In this document: in pieces, positions 32,121-44,258 of the stretch
Numbering within the stretch: position 1 is the first letter of the stretch
How the letters are laid out: each line of letters opens with the position of its first letter
Assembly (NCBI GenBank): GCA_963807965.1
Contig: CAWEDU010000009.1
Span: 35,577-99,576 of the forward strand
DNA from: an uncultured Thermoplasmatales archaeon
Lineage (GTDB): Archaea > Thermoplasmatota > Penumbrarchaeia > Penumbrarchaeales > Penumbrarchaeaceae
Reading direction: 5' to 3'
Length of the DNA stretch: 64,000 bases
Made by a program: the position numbers and the translations under genes
The notes under the pieces: generated by a model
Databases searched by the model: none
What the model was told of the DNA's origin: nothing
Seen by the model: the letters and a program-made list of their open reading frames with translations, nothing else

Positions 32121-35100
32121 TCATTCCTCCTCCCACTGCATTATCTCATCATCATCAGGCTGTCTTCTACCCGCAATGAGAAATCCCGATATCAGGATGA
32201 TCATGATCAACAGAGCAGCGAATAACGAGATTCTCAGATAGTTGTCCCCCTTATCATTGCCTTTGGAAATTTCCGGAATAAGGATCGGGTCTGACTCCCG
32301 CATTGGACTCTCACCTATCTCGTTTTCAGCTGAAATTCGGTATACGATAGATTCTCCGGGCTCGCAATAGAGATCAACAAAGGAGGTTAACCTACCATCT
32401 ACAACCGCGATCTTCTGAAGGGAAAGATCATGATCCGACCTGTACACATTGAACCACAACTTCCCCGACCCTTCATATTGGTGGGACCATTCGAGAACCA
32501 CCGAATCCCCAATTGATCTTGCAATTAATAGGTCTAGGGAGGGCGGTATCTCATCAGGTACTTCCTTGTACCTCTTCACCTGGTTCCGATTTACCGGCAT
32601 TGTTGATTGCCAATATCCTGTAGCAATAATCGATACCCGGTTGAACGCTGTTGTCAATGTAATTCGTCATATTGGCATCGACATTTCTCAGGTTACCAAA
32701 AATCCCATCAAGTTCTCTCCGCTGAATGGAATACCAGGTGAGATCCAATCCTCCATCGAATACGGGATGTGACCATGAAAGCATCAATCCAACACCGCTG
32801 GGAATGATTTCCAATGATACTGGGCTGTCGGGATTTGAGAGGGGAAAGGCTGAAAGATTGATGCTAGGCTGTGATGTGCCGTATTCACCCAATGCCAGCA
32901 ACCGGTAGGTATAGATCGTTTTCCTGGAAACATTCAGGTCTTCGTAGGACCTCCAAGACTGATCAAGGTCTATAGATATCTTTGAACCATCATCCTCTGA
33001 GGTCCTCATCAACCTGTATCCCTTTATTGATCCAGATCCAAGGTCAACAGGGGCTCTCCATTCCAGTTTGATCATAGAAACTCCGGGATTGATGGTGAAA
33101 TTCCTCGGAGTAGAGGGGATCCCTAAAACCTGACAAAAAACAACATCGGACCTTCCAGATTCCCCCATATCATTCACTGCGGATAAGTAGTAAATATGAA
33201 CTACATTTTCCTGAAGATCCTGGTGCCTGAATGATGTGACATCACCCGGCAATGTTGACAATAAAACGGCTGTCTTTAAGGATGTCCCGTGGAACAATCT
33301 GTATTGTTTAATCCCTGAACCCCCATCATCTGAAGGGGCCATCCATTCAATATCTATGAAACCGATCCCTCCTTCTGCATTCAGGGCAACGGGTGGACCT
33401 GGTATTGTCTGCTGAACGACTGTGACGGGAAGGGTCAGTTCGGATTCCCCGAGATCGTTAAAAGCTGATATAGAGTAGTAATATTCAACACCCTTCCAAA
33501 TATTCGAATCATGGAATAGAAGATCCTCCGCTTCCGAGGACGCATACAGGTCCATTGATCTTTCATCCAACCCCCTGTAGATGAAATATTTCATAATATC
33601 TAGACCTCCGAAGCATTCAGGTTCCTCCCACATGAGGAGAACTTCATCTTCGACTATCCTGGCATATGGATTTCTTGGAGCAGAAGGGGAGTCCTTTGAA
33701 ACTGCAGTGATCATATCCGAAAGATCTGACTCGCCGTTGAAGTTCCATGAAGTCAGGTAGTAATCGGTACTGAGTTCCCTGTTCGATATCCATGTCCTGA
33801 TATTGTCTCTCATCCGAAGATAGATTGGCGATCAATCTTCCATCTCGGTAAAGAGAGAATCCAGTAATGATTGTTCCGCCATCGAAGGATGGAGGATCGA
33901 AGAAAACGGATATCTCCCTCAATGCTATTTCCGCTCTTATACACTCTGGTGGATCCGGAATTGTTGTTGAGACATTGCTGACGGTCCTACTTGCGGACCC
34001 CTCACCAAGTTTATTCAGTGATCTAACAAGATAATTATATTCGATTCCGTAATCCACCTCGTTGTCGACGAATGAAGTATTGGTAATATTGAAATTCGAC
34101 AGTTCCCATGATACCCTGTCCAGCGACCTGTATATGTTGTAGCTGATCTCACAGTATCCACCGTCATCGACCGGAGGCTTCCATTCAAGGGAAATATTCC
34201 CATCATTGCCTCTGCAGAGAAGTTCTACAGGTTCACTCGGAAGGGTCTGCATGGTGACTACGGTAAGGAACATCCCCCCAGTGCCATTGTATGATGTATT
34301 AAAGGACCCTTTTGTTATCGGAAATTCCGGTGATCCGGTTAGCCCAAGTATTGTCATATTGTTTTTATCAGTAAGAACGCTGGAATAAGCCCATTCAACA
34401 TCGGATCCGCCAAGATAGGATGAATACCTGAGATCCGAACAATTGTTGTCGAACTTGCAGATGAAAACATCGGATTCCCCGCTAAAAAAGCTGCTGACCG
34501 CTCCGTTGGATACAGGAAGGTCGGGGGAAATAGTCTCTCCGTAGAGATAGACATTTCCGGCTTGGTCAAGATGCACCCTTTTCGCGGTTTCATTATAGGA
34601 ACCTCCGATAAGAGTCGACCATTCGATGGATGATCCGTTCCAGAGCATCTTTGCAGAAAAGGCATCCCGCCATCCAGAGAAGCTGGAGCAGTATCCCCCG
34701 TTTCTTAAAGGGAACAGGGCATTGGTTCCCCACATTTCCCAGGTATACCCGCAGTAGATTATATTGGAATCCTTGTCAAGCAGAAGATCCTCAACCTTGC
34801 ATTCTCCAACAAGGCTTGAAAAGATTGTCAACCTTGAAATCGGATCATAGCGGAGAATGAAACCGTGGGAATTCAAGCCACCTTTGAAAAGCTGGAAGGA
34901 ATAGGGAGTAACTGGGAAATCGCTCGATTGAGTCCATCCTCCGATAACTACAGTGCCATCTTCATCTATCTCTAATGCATAGGGGACCTCACCGTAATAC
35001 CCATCCCAAACCATTGAGTCGATGAAACCGGTAGCATTTGGATCAAGGATTGAAAAATAGGCGATTCCATGAACACCTCCCAGGGGTCCATGAGCTCCAG

Positions 35101-36330
35101 GCAGATCATGAGAATGGGAATCGCCAACGAAATAGACACAACCGTTCTTTACCTCCATATCCCGTACAAATCTCCTCCATCACCACCGACGAATGTTGAA
35201 TAGAGCAGTTTATCACCGGATGCATTGAACTTTGAAATGAATATATCCGAATTAATGTTATAGTCCTCCTGGACCACTCCCGGTGTTGTTGGAAAATCGG
35301 GTCCGTATGTCTCACCGGAGACATAGATGTTCAGAGATTCATCGATGCGGATCCTTTTGACCATATCTCCATACCACCCTCCCAGAAACGTTGAGAAAAC
35401 AAGCCCTGTCCCAGAACTGTTCAATTTTGTTACGAAGATGTCTGACGCATTGTATTCTTGATCATACGCTCCAGTTGTATTCGGAAAATCCGGTGAGTTA
35501 GTATTTCCTGTTAAATAAGTGCAGTTAAATTCATCCTTTACCAAGTCACTGGGGTAACACCCCCGGCTGCTCCCTATCACAGAGGAGTATACGAGAGGAT
35601 CTATCGTAACGATCTCTCCTCTTTTCTTCTCGATCTCGAAACCGTAACTTGTTCCATTGATCCTCTTAAAACTCACAGGAAGGTTCAATGATCCAGTGGA
35701 ATAAGCTATAAGGTGACCGTCGGTCATTGACAGATCATCCGAGATGAGCATATTCAGTTCAAGGTCTGTTATTGATAATCCTTCGATACCCTGAACATCC
35801 AGGTGAATATCCTCGGGATCTCCGTTCTCCCTTATCACAAGGTCGTATTTTAGCCCCTTTTTATTGAAGTAATATCTCACATCTATATCTGGCCAGACAT
35901 CCTTGAAGGTTACTTCTTTAAAACTCCTTGCTCCTGTGACCCAGCCATCAGGGTCGTCGCCGATGAAGTAATTGGATGGAAAATCCATTTCTGAAGATCC
36001 GAATGGATGGGATCCAAAGGATCCTTTGAAAGATACCCGTACCAGATGGAAGGCTTCCCTGAGGTCATAGGAAATTCCATCACTCTCAATATAAGCGAAT
36101 CCAAAATCTGTCCTGGAAGAAAAAAGTATCCTTTCATCCCATTGTCCCTTATTTTCCGTGAAATAACCGGAAACCTCGAAATCTTCTATTTTATCAATGT
36201 AATTCTCCGATGAAAGTGGGAATATTTCAATTGCTTCTCCTGGAAAGAAAAGGAGTGGGGATATGATCATTGAAAAAATGCATATTATAGTCTTTGCTGA
36301 AAGTAGTAGCTTAAACGACACCATATTCAT
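32121..36330 (-). CDS. Second SBBP beta-propeller protein with multiple FN3 domains; three frameshifts (near 35165, 33770, 32565)
   Basis: FTENKGQW, SPDFP.T.GAYD repeats, about six W..P...GG FN3 modules, C-terminal TM; four consecutive overlapping ORFs form one continuous architecture. Confidence 0.78.
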
Positions 36331-36542
36331 CCATCCATCTTTAGTATTAAGTCAAAACAAGACCGTAAGTATATTAATGAGATTGGAGGTCTTTTTTATT
36401 TTTATATAACCTCATTTGTACGGTTTTTGCATGATGAATCCAAGGAAAGGGTCACTACTTTCCTTATACGCCAACTATCAATCTGATAGTCAATTCGATT
36501 TCACTGGAAAACAATTATTAATATGCATTTGATCCACATCTC

Positions 36543-36926
36543 ATGGCTTTCGTCCATGTTTCAATCAGATCCTCTGATATGGAAAGGTCCTTGGAGTTCT
36601 ATACAAATCTTTTAGGAATGGTCCTCCACAGGAAAAAAGAGATACCTCAAAACAGAGCTGAGGTGGCTTTCTTGAAAGACCCCGGTGGCGAATTTTCCCT
36701 GGAATTGACCCACTATGATGACCAGAAGGAATTCATCCAGGCTGATTATATGAATAGGACCTTTGACCACATCGCTTTCAGGGTTGAGGACCTGAATGCT
36801 CTTGTTGAAAGGATCAAGAAAGAAGGGTTTAATGTCACAGACGAACCCTTTGAACTATCACCTGGAAATTGGTTGGCATTTATTGAGGACCCGGATGGGA
36901 CATTGATCGAGTTGATCCAATCATGA
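36543..36926 (+). CDS. VOC-family protein (glyoxalase I / lactoylglutathione lyase-like)
   Basis: H.SIR..D.ERSL.FY...LG, LELT, HIAF.V.D, AFI.DPDG..IELIQ. Confidence 0.88.
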   Translation: MAFVHVSIRSSDMERSLEFYTNLLGMVLHRKKEIPQNRAEVAFLKDPGGEFSLELTHYDDQKEFIQADYMNRTFDHIAFRVEDLNALVERIKKEGFNVTDEPFELSPGNWLAFIEDPDGTLIELIQS

Positions 36927-36960
36927 AGACATATTTTTATCAAGGTCCTTCAGTTTCTTT

Positions 36961-38434
36961 TCAATGGAATGTCACTATCGTGGATAATGTCTTTATCCTT
37001 GCATATTTCTTGGAATTCGCCTCCACCAATGTCCATGGAGCTCCTTTTGTATCGGTCCTGAATATCATCTCATTCGCACATTCCAGGTACCTATTCCATT
37101 TCCCTCTGTTCTTCCAATCATCCTCGGTTATCTTCCATCTCTTATAGGGATTGTTCATTCTCTCGTTGAACCGGTTCAGCTGCTCTTGTTTGTCTATCTG
37201 AAGCCAAAATTTAACAATTACAGCACCGAAATCCAACCATTGCTCTTCCATTTCATTTATCTCCTTATAGGCCCTCTTCCATTCCTGTTCTGAACAGAGT
37301 CCCTCCACCCGCTCCACCAAAACTCTACCATACCAGGACCTGTCGAATATGTTTATTCTACCAGCCTGGGAAAGTTCCTTCCAGAACCTCCAAAGATAGT
37401 TATGTGAGAGCTCTTCATCTGTAGGGACACTAATAGGTATGACCTTGTAACCTCTTGGATCGAATTTTTGTACCAATCTACGAATATTCCCTCCCTTTCC
37501 CGCAGCATCAACACCGGAATAAACGATCATTACCGGGACTTTTCGCTTGAATACTTCAGTTTGAAGTTCCATCAACTTTCCCTGTAGGGCCTCTAATTTC
37601 TCCAAATATTCCTTCTTTCCGATATCTTTGGAAAGGTCCATTTTACTTATGATGTTAGGGTACTTTCCCTTTGAGTTTTACTTGTCTTTCGAATCCTGGA
37701 AGACCATCAGCTTTGTTTGATAATATCTCTGTTCTTCTTCTCTCCATTATTGAGGTCACTGTCTTGAATATTTCAAGGCTTGTCATATCAGGGTCTACTG
37801 CAGGAAGTGGTTTCCAGGGTGCCCATTTAGTGGAGGTCCTCTCCAACATCTTCTCGTAGAGTTTTCTGTATTCATCATAATGTTTGTGTCTTTCCCAGTG
37901 ATCTGGAAGATATCTATAGGGACTTAATGGTTCTTTCTCCAGCTTCCTTAACCTCCTCTCCTGTTCATCACTGGAGAGGTGAAGAAAGAACTTGATGATC
38001 AATGTCCCATCATCACTGAGCTGTCTTTCAAATGAGTTCATATGAAAAAGGAGCTTTTCGAGTTCGTCTTCCGAGATATCCCCATTTACCCTATCCTCGA
38101 TGGCACCTGTATACCAGGACCTGTCGAAGATAGATATATTTCCTCTCTTTGGAGTTTTGATCCAGAACCTCCAGAGGTACGGTCTAAGTGCTTCTTCATG
38201 TGTGGGGGCCCTGATCGGATAGGTCATGTAGTTCCTTGGATCCATGGCCATCAGCATACTGTTAATGCTGGATGACTTACCTGATACGTCCCAACCCTCG
38301 AAGACCATCATAATTGGTATGCCCATTTCTTTTGTCTGTCTGTGAAGGACTCCCAGTTTCAAAGAGAGATCATTGATCCTTTCATTGAATTGAGGTATCG
38401 TCTTACCTTTGAAATCGTCTAGTTCTTCCAGCAT
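36961..38434 (-). CDS. Two-domain polyphosphate kinase 2 (polyphosphate:AMP phosphotransferase-like); frameshift near 37665 and possibly near 36968
   Basis: Two PPK2 domains (EGWD.SGK and GVDAAGKGG; FDRSWY twice; YLWRFW); removing one A gives the linker KGKYPNIISKMDL. Confidence 0.88.
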
Positions 38435-38493
38435 TGTCTCAGCAGTGCATTGTCCTTATTGTGGATAATACTAACTCTACAAAGATTTGGTTG

Positions 38494-39943
38494 TTATCGC
38501 TTCTTCGTTGATTTCCGATTGTACAAGATGATTATTCCTAGGAAAATGGATACCATTGCAGAGATGGAGACGACGATCCAATATTCAGGTCCCCTCTCCT
38601 CAGAAACCTCGGTAATATCCATTTCATTCTCATTTCTAATATCCGGATCCGTTGTGAAAAGTAGGGGAAAGGGATCGATTGCACCACCTGTAAGTTCTTT
38701 CTCTCTGTCTACAACACCATCCATATCCGAATCGTTCCCCTGCCAGTCAGACCAATAATTTCCCTTTCCATCCTCGGACCATTCTGTTGTACCTGTTCCA
38801 TCCATTGCTTGATCGCCATTAATATTGTTGTTTTCGAAAATGTTTCTGAAAATACTATTTTGGCCCAAAGGGGATGATATGTGTTGAGTGGTTACTACCT
38901 TAACTGCCTCCTCGGTCGTATTGATGAAATAGTTATCCAGTACTTTGTTCCCAAGAGATGTATCTAGAACAAGACCGTTCTCGTTGGATTCGAATCTGTT
39001 TCCTTCTATGAGGGATCCTGAGAGGATATGTCCAACAAACCCGTATGAGTTCTTCCAGAAGAAAGATCCTTTGATACTAGCATCAGTTACATGGAGAAGG
39101 TTAACACCATATGAATTGTACCTGAATCTGGTATCTTCTACCCGGACCCTATCCATATTTGAAACCTGTATCCCATTGATATTCGAATCGCTGTAACAGT
39201 TAGATATTACAAGGTCCCTCCCTCGAATGGATCCGTCCAAGGACCCTATCACACTTATCCCTTCTCCATAATTGAGGGTACCAAAACATTCTTCCATAAT
39301 GATGTCCGAGCAATTGATTAATTTCTACCCCTGCTCCTAGACCTATCGTGAATGAATTTGCATCAGTTAGGACATCCTTCAAGACCAGGTGGTCAGAGTT
39401 ATTGATGAAGATCCCGTATCGGGTATTATAAGAGCAAATGCATCCTGTAATTGAAGAATTATCTGCCTCCATCATTATCCCATTGTGATTTTCGATGAAC
39501 GAGGAATCGTGGACACGGATGTTATCAGATCCGATGATCTCCAGACCTATGTTGAAGTAATAGATATAGGACCTCTCTATCCTAATATTTGAGCAATTCT
39601 TGATCCGTATTCCGGATTCCGTTACATTCAAAGGATCTCTGAGGTCCAGATAATGGGTCACGGCGACCTCATATATGAGGAGATGAGAGGTCACATTCTC
39701 AAGGACCACTCCTATTCCTGATGATACATTGATCCACCAACGGTATACAAGGAAGGGATCATCTTCTTGACCAGATCCCGAAACAATACCGTTTTCAGTG
39801 GTAAGGTCTTCCTCACCGTTAATGATTATTTGATCGAACTTGATGAAATCGGGATTGCCGTTATCCTCCTCTCCTTCAACAATTCCTGCAACCAAACTGG
39901 CCTGGATCATCATTACAATGATTAGGGAGATCTCAATTCTCAT
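38494..39943 (-). CDS. Secreted right-handed beta-helix (NosD/CASH-like) protein with a C-terminal TM; frameshift near 39320
   Basis: V.GSG..DDP(F/Y), repeated N..GI motifs, GNYWSD..G.D.D.DG, D.FPL, TM plus RKSTKKR. Confidence 0.78.
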
Positions 39944-40028
39944 ATTCTCACCTGTCAAGGTTGTTATAACTCTATTATTGGATTTGTGGTCGGACTATAT
40001 AATGAAGTTGGAACGAACTCAGACATGA

Positions 40029-40859
40029 TCAATGTATTAGTGATCTCAGGGCAGAATGAAGCAATACCTTCACAGAGGCTTCCCAGGATGATTGTGAATT
40101 ACGGTTCAAAGCAATCGTTATTGCTTGAGGATCGACCTCGAACTCAATGTCCTTGAAATCGACATCCATTAGGACAAGGCCGGTTGGGGGCATGGTCCTT
40201 ATCTTATCCTTCTCTGGTGCTGACTCACCTCTCAGAAGGATTCTCAGGGTCTCAATGTCCATCTGACCTTGGGAGACTCGTAAGGCAGCTCCAACCATCC
40301 TCCGAATTTGATTCCAGAGAAATCTTTCCCCAACAATATCTATTACTACCATCTCTCCATTGCCAGCGAGGTCAACAGCTTTTGCCCTCTGTATGTGGGT
40401 TTTTGGGTCCTTTCCATCCTCCAGTTTGCAAAAGTGTGTGAAATCATGGAAGCCCACGAATTCCATCACTGCGGAATCAAGACCTTTCATATCTTCAGAC
40501 CTAATTTCACCGGGTTTCAGATGATATCTGTACCACCGGGAATTTGCCCACCTGACATTTTGATGATCCCTGATTTTACCAGAAGCGATGCACCAAACCC
40601 CATCCATATTTGCATTCAATGCCCTCATAAGTTCAGATATCTCCATTTCGGTATCCAGAGCGATCACATTTCCCAATGCGGATACTCCGGCATCCGTCCT
40701 GGATGCGAACTCAATAGGCCACTCGCCATCCTTATATTCACCAATGGTCCTGAGAGCATTCACTATAGCCCCATCAACTGATAGGATATCATCTTCCGCT
40801 TGCCTCTGGGACCCGTGAAACCTTGAACCATCATACCCGATCTTGAGAGCATACCTCAT
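40029..40859 (-). CDS. truA: tRNA pseudouridine(38-40) synthase
   Basis: YALKIGYDG..FHGSQRQ, SRTDAGVSA, F.G.HDF..F, FLWNQIRR.VG, P.GL.L. Confidence 0.93.
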   Translation of the reverse strand: MRYALKIGYDGSRFHGSQRQAEDDILSVDGAIVNALRTIGEYKDGEWPIEFASRTDAGVSALGNVIALDTEMEISELMRALNANMDGVWCIASGKIRDHQNVRWANSRWYRYHLKPGEIRSEDMKGLDSAVMEFVGFHDFTHFCKLEDGKDPKTHIQRAKAVDLAGNGEMVVIDIVGERFLWNQIRRMVGAALRVSQGQMDIETLRILLRGESAPEKDKIRTMPPTGLVLMDVDFKDIEFEVDPQAITIALNRNSQSSWEASVKVLLHSALRSLIH

Positions 40860-40917
40860 GTTACCCGAATGGAGGTGAAACAGATATACCTTTATACGTT
40901 TCAGGAGGGCGGGTGGT

Positions 40918-41661
40918 GTGAAACTGGATCGTATGTCGAGGTTTGTTCCAATAATTGTGGAACCAAAATACGAGGGAAATGTAGGGTCAATAGCACGACT
41001 CTGCAGGAACTTCGGTATTGAGGAACTGATCCTTGTAAATCCACCAGAATTCGGTGATCAAGCCATTGCCTATTCAATGCATGGTAGGAACATTCTCGAA
41101 AGTGCCACTATCATATCTTCCTTCCACGAAGCCATAGAACTTGTGGATACAATTATTGGAACTTCAGGGATATCCAATTCAACGGAGAAGAACTATCACA
41201 GGAATCCGATCCTTCCTGGAGAGCTTGTGAGATGGACTAAAATGACATCAGGCAGAATAGGACTCGCATTCGGTAGAGAGGATTTTGGTTTAATGAACGA
41301 AGAACTGGATATCTGTGACCAGTTGGTGACCATCCCAGCAAATCCAGATTACCCGATCCTAAACCTCTCACACTCGGTTGGGATCATCCTTTATGAGCTC
41401 TTCAAAGATGAGGGGCTGCAAGGCGGGAGAAACGCAAGGACGATCAACGGGACAGAGAAAAAGACTTTATTGGAACATTATGACAGATTAATGGAAATAT
41501 CCCATGTTCCAGATCATAAAAAACCCATAGCAAGGACGAATTTCAGGAGAATGATCTCCAGATCCTCAATCAACTATAGAGAGTTCAATTCACTTATGGG
41601 AACTTTCTCCCGGGCGATGGATTACAAGAGAAAAAGTGTCATCGACCGGAAACAACATTGA
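40918..41661 (+). CDS. trmJ: SPOUT tRNA 2'-O-methyltransferase, TrmJ family
   Basis: VEP...GNVG.IAR...NFG, FGRED.GL..EEL..CD....IP....YP.LNLSH. Confidence 0.88.
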   Translation: MKLDRMSRFVPIIVEPKYEGNVGSIARLCRNFGIEELILVNPPEFGDQAIAYSMHGRNILESATIISSFHEAIELVDTIIGTSGISNSTEKNYHRNPILPGELVRWTKMTSGRIGLAFGREDFGLMNEELDICDQLVTIPANPDYPILNLSHSVGIILYELFKDEGLQGGRNARTINGTEKKTLLEHYDRLMEISHVPDHKKPIARTNFRRMISRSSINYREFNSLMGTFSRAMDYKRKSVIDRKQH

Positions 41662-44242
41662 ATTTCGGTGGGACCTGGGAAGAGGGACCTACTTGGATGG
41701 GAGCTGTCTGGGAAGGATTTTGGATAGATGGTGGTGAGGAAGGCCTGTATCTTACCTGAGGATAGTAAGGATGCTGAGCATATTGAGATATCTGACCTTT
41801 CCTTTTTCTACTCCTTGCAATTACAAAGACCACTACGATCGTCAAAATAATTAGGACTGCGCCAAGAGAAGAAAATATCATTAGGAGGTCTGGACCAGAG
41901 GAGGTGCTGGAACTTACATCACCGGCTGATCTGATATCTATCACAATATCTATGGTGTCCATTGTAGACTCTCCACCTGAGTCATAAACACTGACCTCAA
42001 TGGAGTAGATCCCGTTCAAAGGTATCTGGGGAAGGGGGACCAGAAGAGAAAAGACACCATCGTTTGAGGTGTTATCCGGGTAACTACCGTCATCGAACAT
42101 CCTTTCTCCATCTGAACCACCAAGCCCGCTGAGATCAGCAATTACAAGATCGATATCATTGTATCCGTCAGGATCATCAATTGTGGCAGTGAGGATGACA
42201 TCTGATCCAGTATTATTGGAGGTCACCTCTCCGGGTTCAAGATCAAGGAGCAATATTGAAGGGGGAGAATTGGTAGTGTCCTCCATAATTGTAATTGTAA
42301 GGTCCCTTTGATCCGAAGCTCCGGAAGGATCAGATACGATGACAGTTAAGGTATCCGTACCTGGGTTGAAGGGTGCATTATAGGTCACTTCCTCTCCCTG
42401 CCCGGTTATGGTTCCGGTTATTGTGAAATACTCGAAGTTGAGGGGGTCATCATCCTGGTCGAAAGCAACGACTGCTACCCTTGTGGATCCACCTACATTC
42501 AGACTCCGGTCATCTGCATTGAATGATGTTATCACGGGGGGTCTGTTTGGAATCCCCTCTGTTACTTCAATATCTGTCCGTTTTTGGTCTGAAGCTCCAG
42601 AAGGGTCCATGACCGTAACAAGGAAGGAATAGCTACCAGCCTCATCTGGTGCTGTCCACTGCCACGTTGGTCCTGTACCAGTAATTGATCCATCATCTAT
42701 CTCCAAGGAGTAAGTCAACTGGTCCTCATCGATGTCGGTAGCTGTAACAGTAATAGTTGCGGTCGATCCGATTGTAATGACCTTAGGATTAACAGTGAAT
42801 GAGGTGATGGCTGGTCTGTGATTGGTATCTGTATATGACCTTGCAGATATTACCGATTGGTATGCGTCCAGGATACCCCAACCATAGTTTGCATTGTATG
42901 AAGAGGAAAGCTCTGGAAATGTCGGATCCCCTCTTGGCTCCGAGGATCGATGGAGTATCATCTTCACAGGATTCCTCACTGTGTCTGGTCTGATGGAAGG
43001 GTTTGCTTCCATCATTAAGGCCACGACACCTGATACATGGGGTGAGGCATAGGAGGTTCCAGAGCCAGAGGACAATCCAGATGCACTTTGAAGATTGGAT
43101 GTTGTAGAGTGGGATGCGAATGATAGATCAACAGAAGGTGCGGTAAGATCAGGCTTAAGTTCATCCAATCTATCTTCATCGTCGTCATCGGTCCTAGGAC
43201 CGGAGGTGGATCCTGACCAAAAAATGTCATCGGACCTATCTACGGTACCCATATGATCTAAACCACCAACGATAATTGATCTGTCAGGCCAAGAGGTGTC
43301 TGTCTGGTCCTCGTATGGACCTGCAGAGTTGCCAGCTCCCTGGATGACGACAATGCCTTCTTGGACCACATTATTAACTGCAATAGCATTGGCTCCATCT
43401 GGAGGACCAATACTTAGACTGAGAGAAATGATGTCCACTCCAATATATCCACCTCCCCAATCTGTCCACTGGTTATCGACACACCATTGAAGTGAATCAA
43501 GAAAGCCGCTGGTCTGTGGATTCGATGCTCTTGGAGCACTCGTGCCTATCTTGAGGTCTATCAATCCAGCATCTGGTGCAACTCCAACAACTCCATCCAG
43601 ATCTCTTCCCAATGCAATGGATGCTACTCCTGTTCCGTGACCGTTCCTGTCATCAGGATCGAAACTTCCGTCTCTCGGTGTCAACGGTGATTCAGGTAAA
43701 GTGAAATCCACCCCGGCGACGAAAGCTCCCTCAAGCATTGGGTGTTCATTATCAACTCCTGAGTCGATCACGGCAATGGTCACACCCTTACCGGTGTATC
43801 CAAGGTCACGGGCGGTCTGTGGGGAATAAGTTGATGATCGGGAGGCTTTTGTTGAAGGAACAGAACTATCCATTAAAAATTCAAGTTCCCTTTGAGCTTC
43901 TATGACGGAAACACCATCCATGGCAGAGATCCTCTTGACCTCTTCCATTTTGGGTATGATGGCTGTAAACGCGTCAATGATAGTGAACCTTGATTGAATA
44001 GCCCCACCATTCTTTTCCACAGCATCAACGACACTATTCAATTCCTTCATATAGGATAAATGGATGATCACAGGGAAAGGTCCGGGTCCAGTGATCGAAT
44101 CATCGATCCGGTCACCATCCAAATCATAACTGAACCGAGATGGTGTTACAAAACCCTCTGTTTCAAGGCCAGTATTATTGAAAATACAAAGGACCAGGAA
44201 TACAATTACCATGAGAAGGCCGGTTTTTAAGGGCATGATCAC
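41639..44242 (-). CDS. Membrane-anchored S8 (subtilisin-like) serine protease with Ig-like domains
   Basis: Catalytic IDSG / GHGTGVA / GTSYASP; signal peptide, prodomain, N.PP.I repeats, C-terminal TM plus RSRKRK and a Pro/Gln tail. Confidence 0.9.
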   Translation of the reverse strand: MIMPLKTGLLMVIVFLVLCIFNNTGLETEGFVTPSRFSYDLDGDRIDDSITGPGPFPVIIHLSYMKELNSVVDAVEKNGGAIQSRFTIIDAFTAIIPKMEEVKRISAMDGVSVIEAQRELEFLMDSSVPSTKASRSSTYSPQTARDLGYTGKGVTIAVIDSGVDNEHPMLEGAFVAGVDFTLPESPLTPRDGSFDPDDRNGHGTGVASIALGRDLDGVVGVAPDAGLIDLKIGTSAPRASNPQTSGFLDSLQWCVDNQWTDWGGGYIGVDIISLSLSIGPPDGANAIAVNNVVQEGIVVIQGAGNSAGPYEDQTDTSWPDRSIIVGGLDHMGTVDRSDDIFWSGSTSGPRTDDDDEDRLDELKPDLTAPSVDLSFASHSTTSNLQSASGLSSGSGTSYASPHVSGVVALMMEANPSIRPDTVRNPVKMILHRSSEPRGDPTFPELSSSYNANYGWGILDAYQSVISARSYTDTNHRPAITSFTVNPKVITIGSTATITVTATDIDEDQLTYSLEIDDGSITGTGPTWQWTAPDEAGSYSFLVTVMDPSGASDQKRTDIEVTEGIPNRPPVITSFNADDRSLNVGGSTRVAVVAFDQDDDPLNFEYFTITGTITGQGEEVTYNAPFNPGTDTLTVIVSDPSGASDQRDLTITIMEDTTNSPPSILLLDLEPGEVTSNNTGSDVILTATIDDPDGYNDIDLVIADLSGLGGSDGERMFDDGSYPDNTSNDGVFSLLVPLPQIPLNGIYSIEVSVYDSGGESTMDTIDIVIDIRSAGDVSSSTSSGPDLLMIFSSLGAVLIILTIVVVFVIARSRKRKGQISQYAQHPYYPQVRYRPSSPPSIQNPSQTAPIQVGPSSQVPPKFNVVSGR

Positions 44243-44258
44243 AACACTCCTTGGGATA

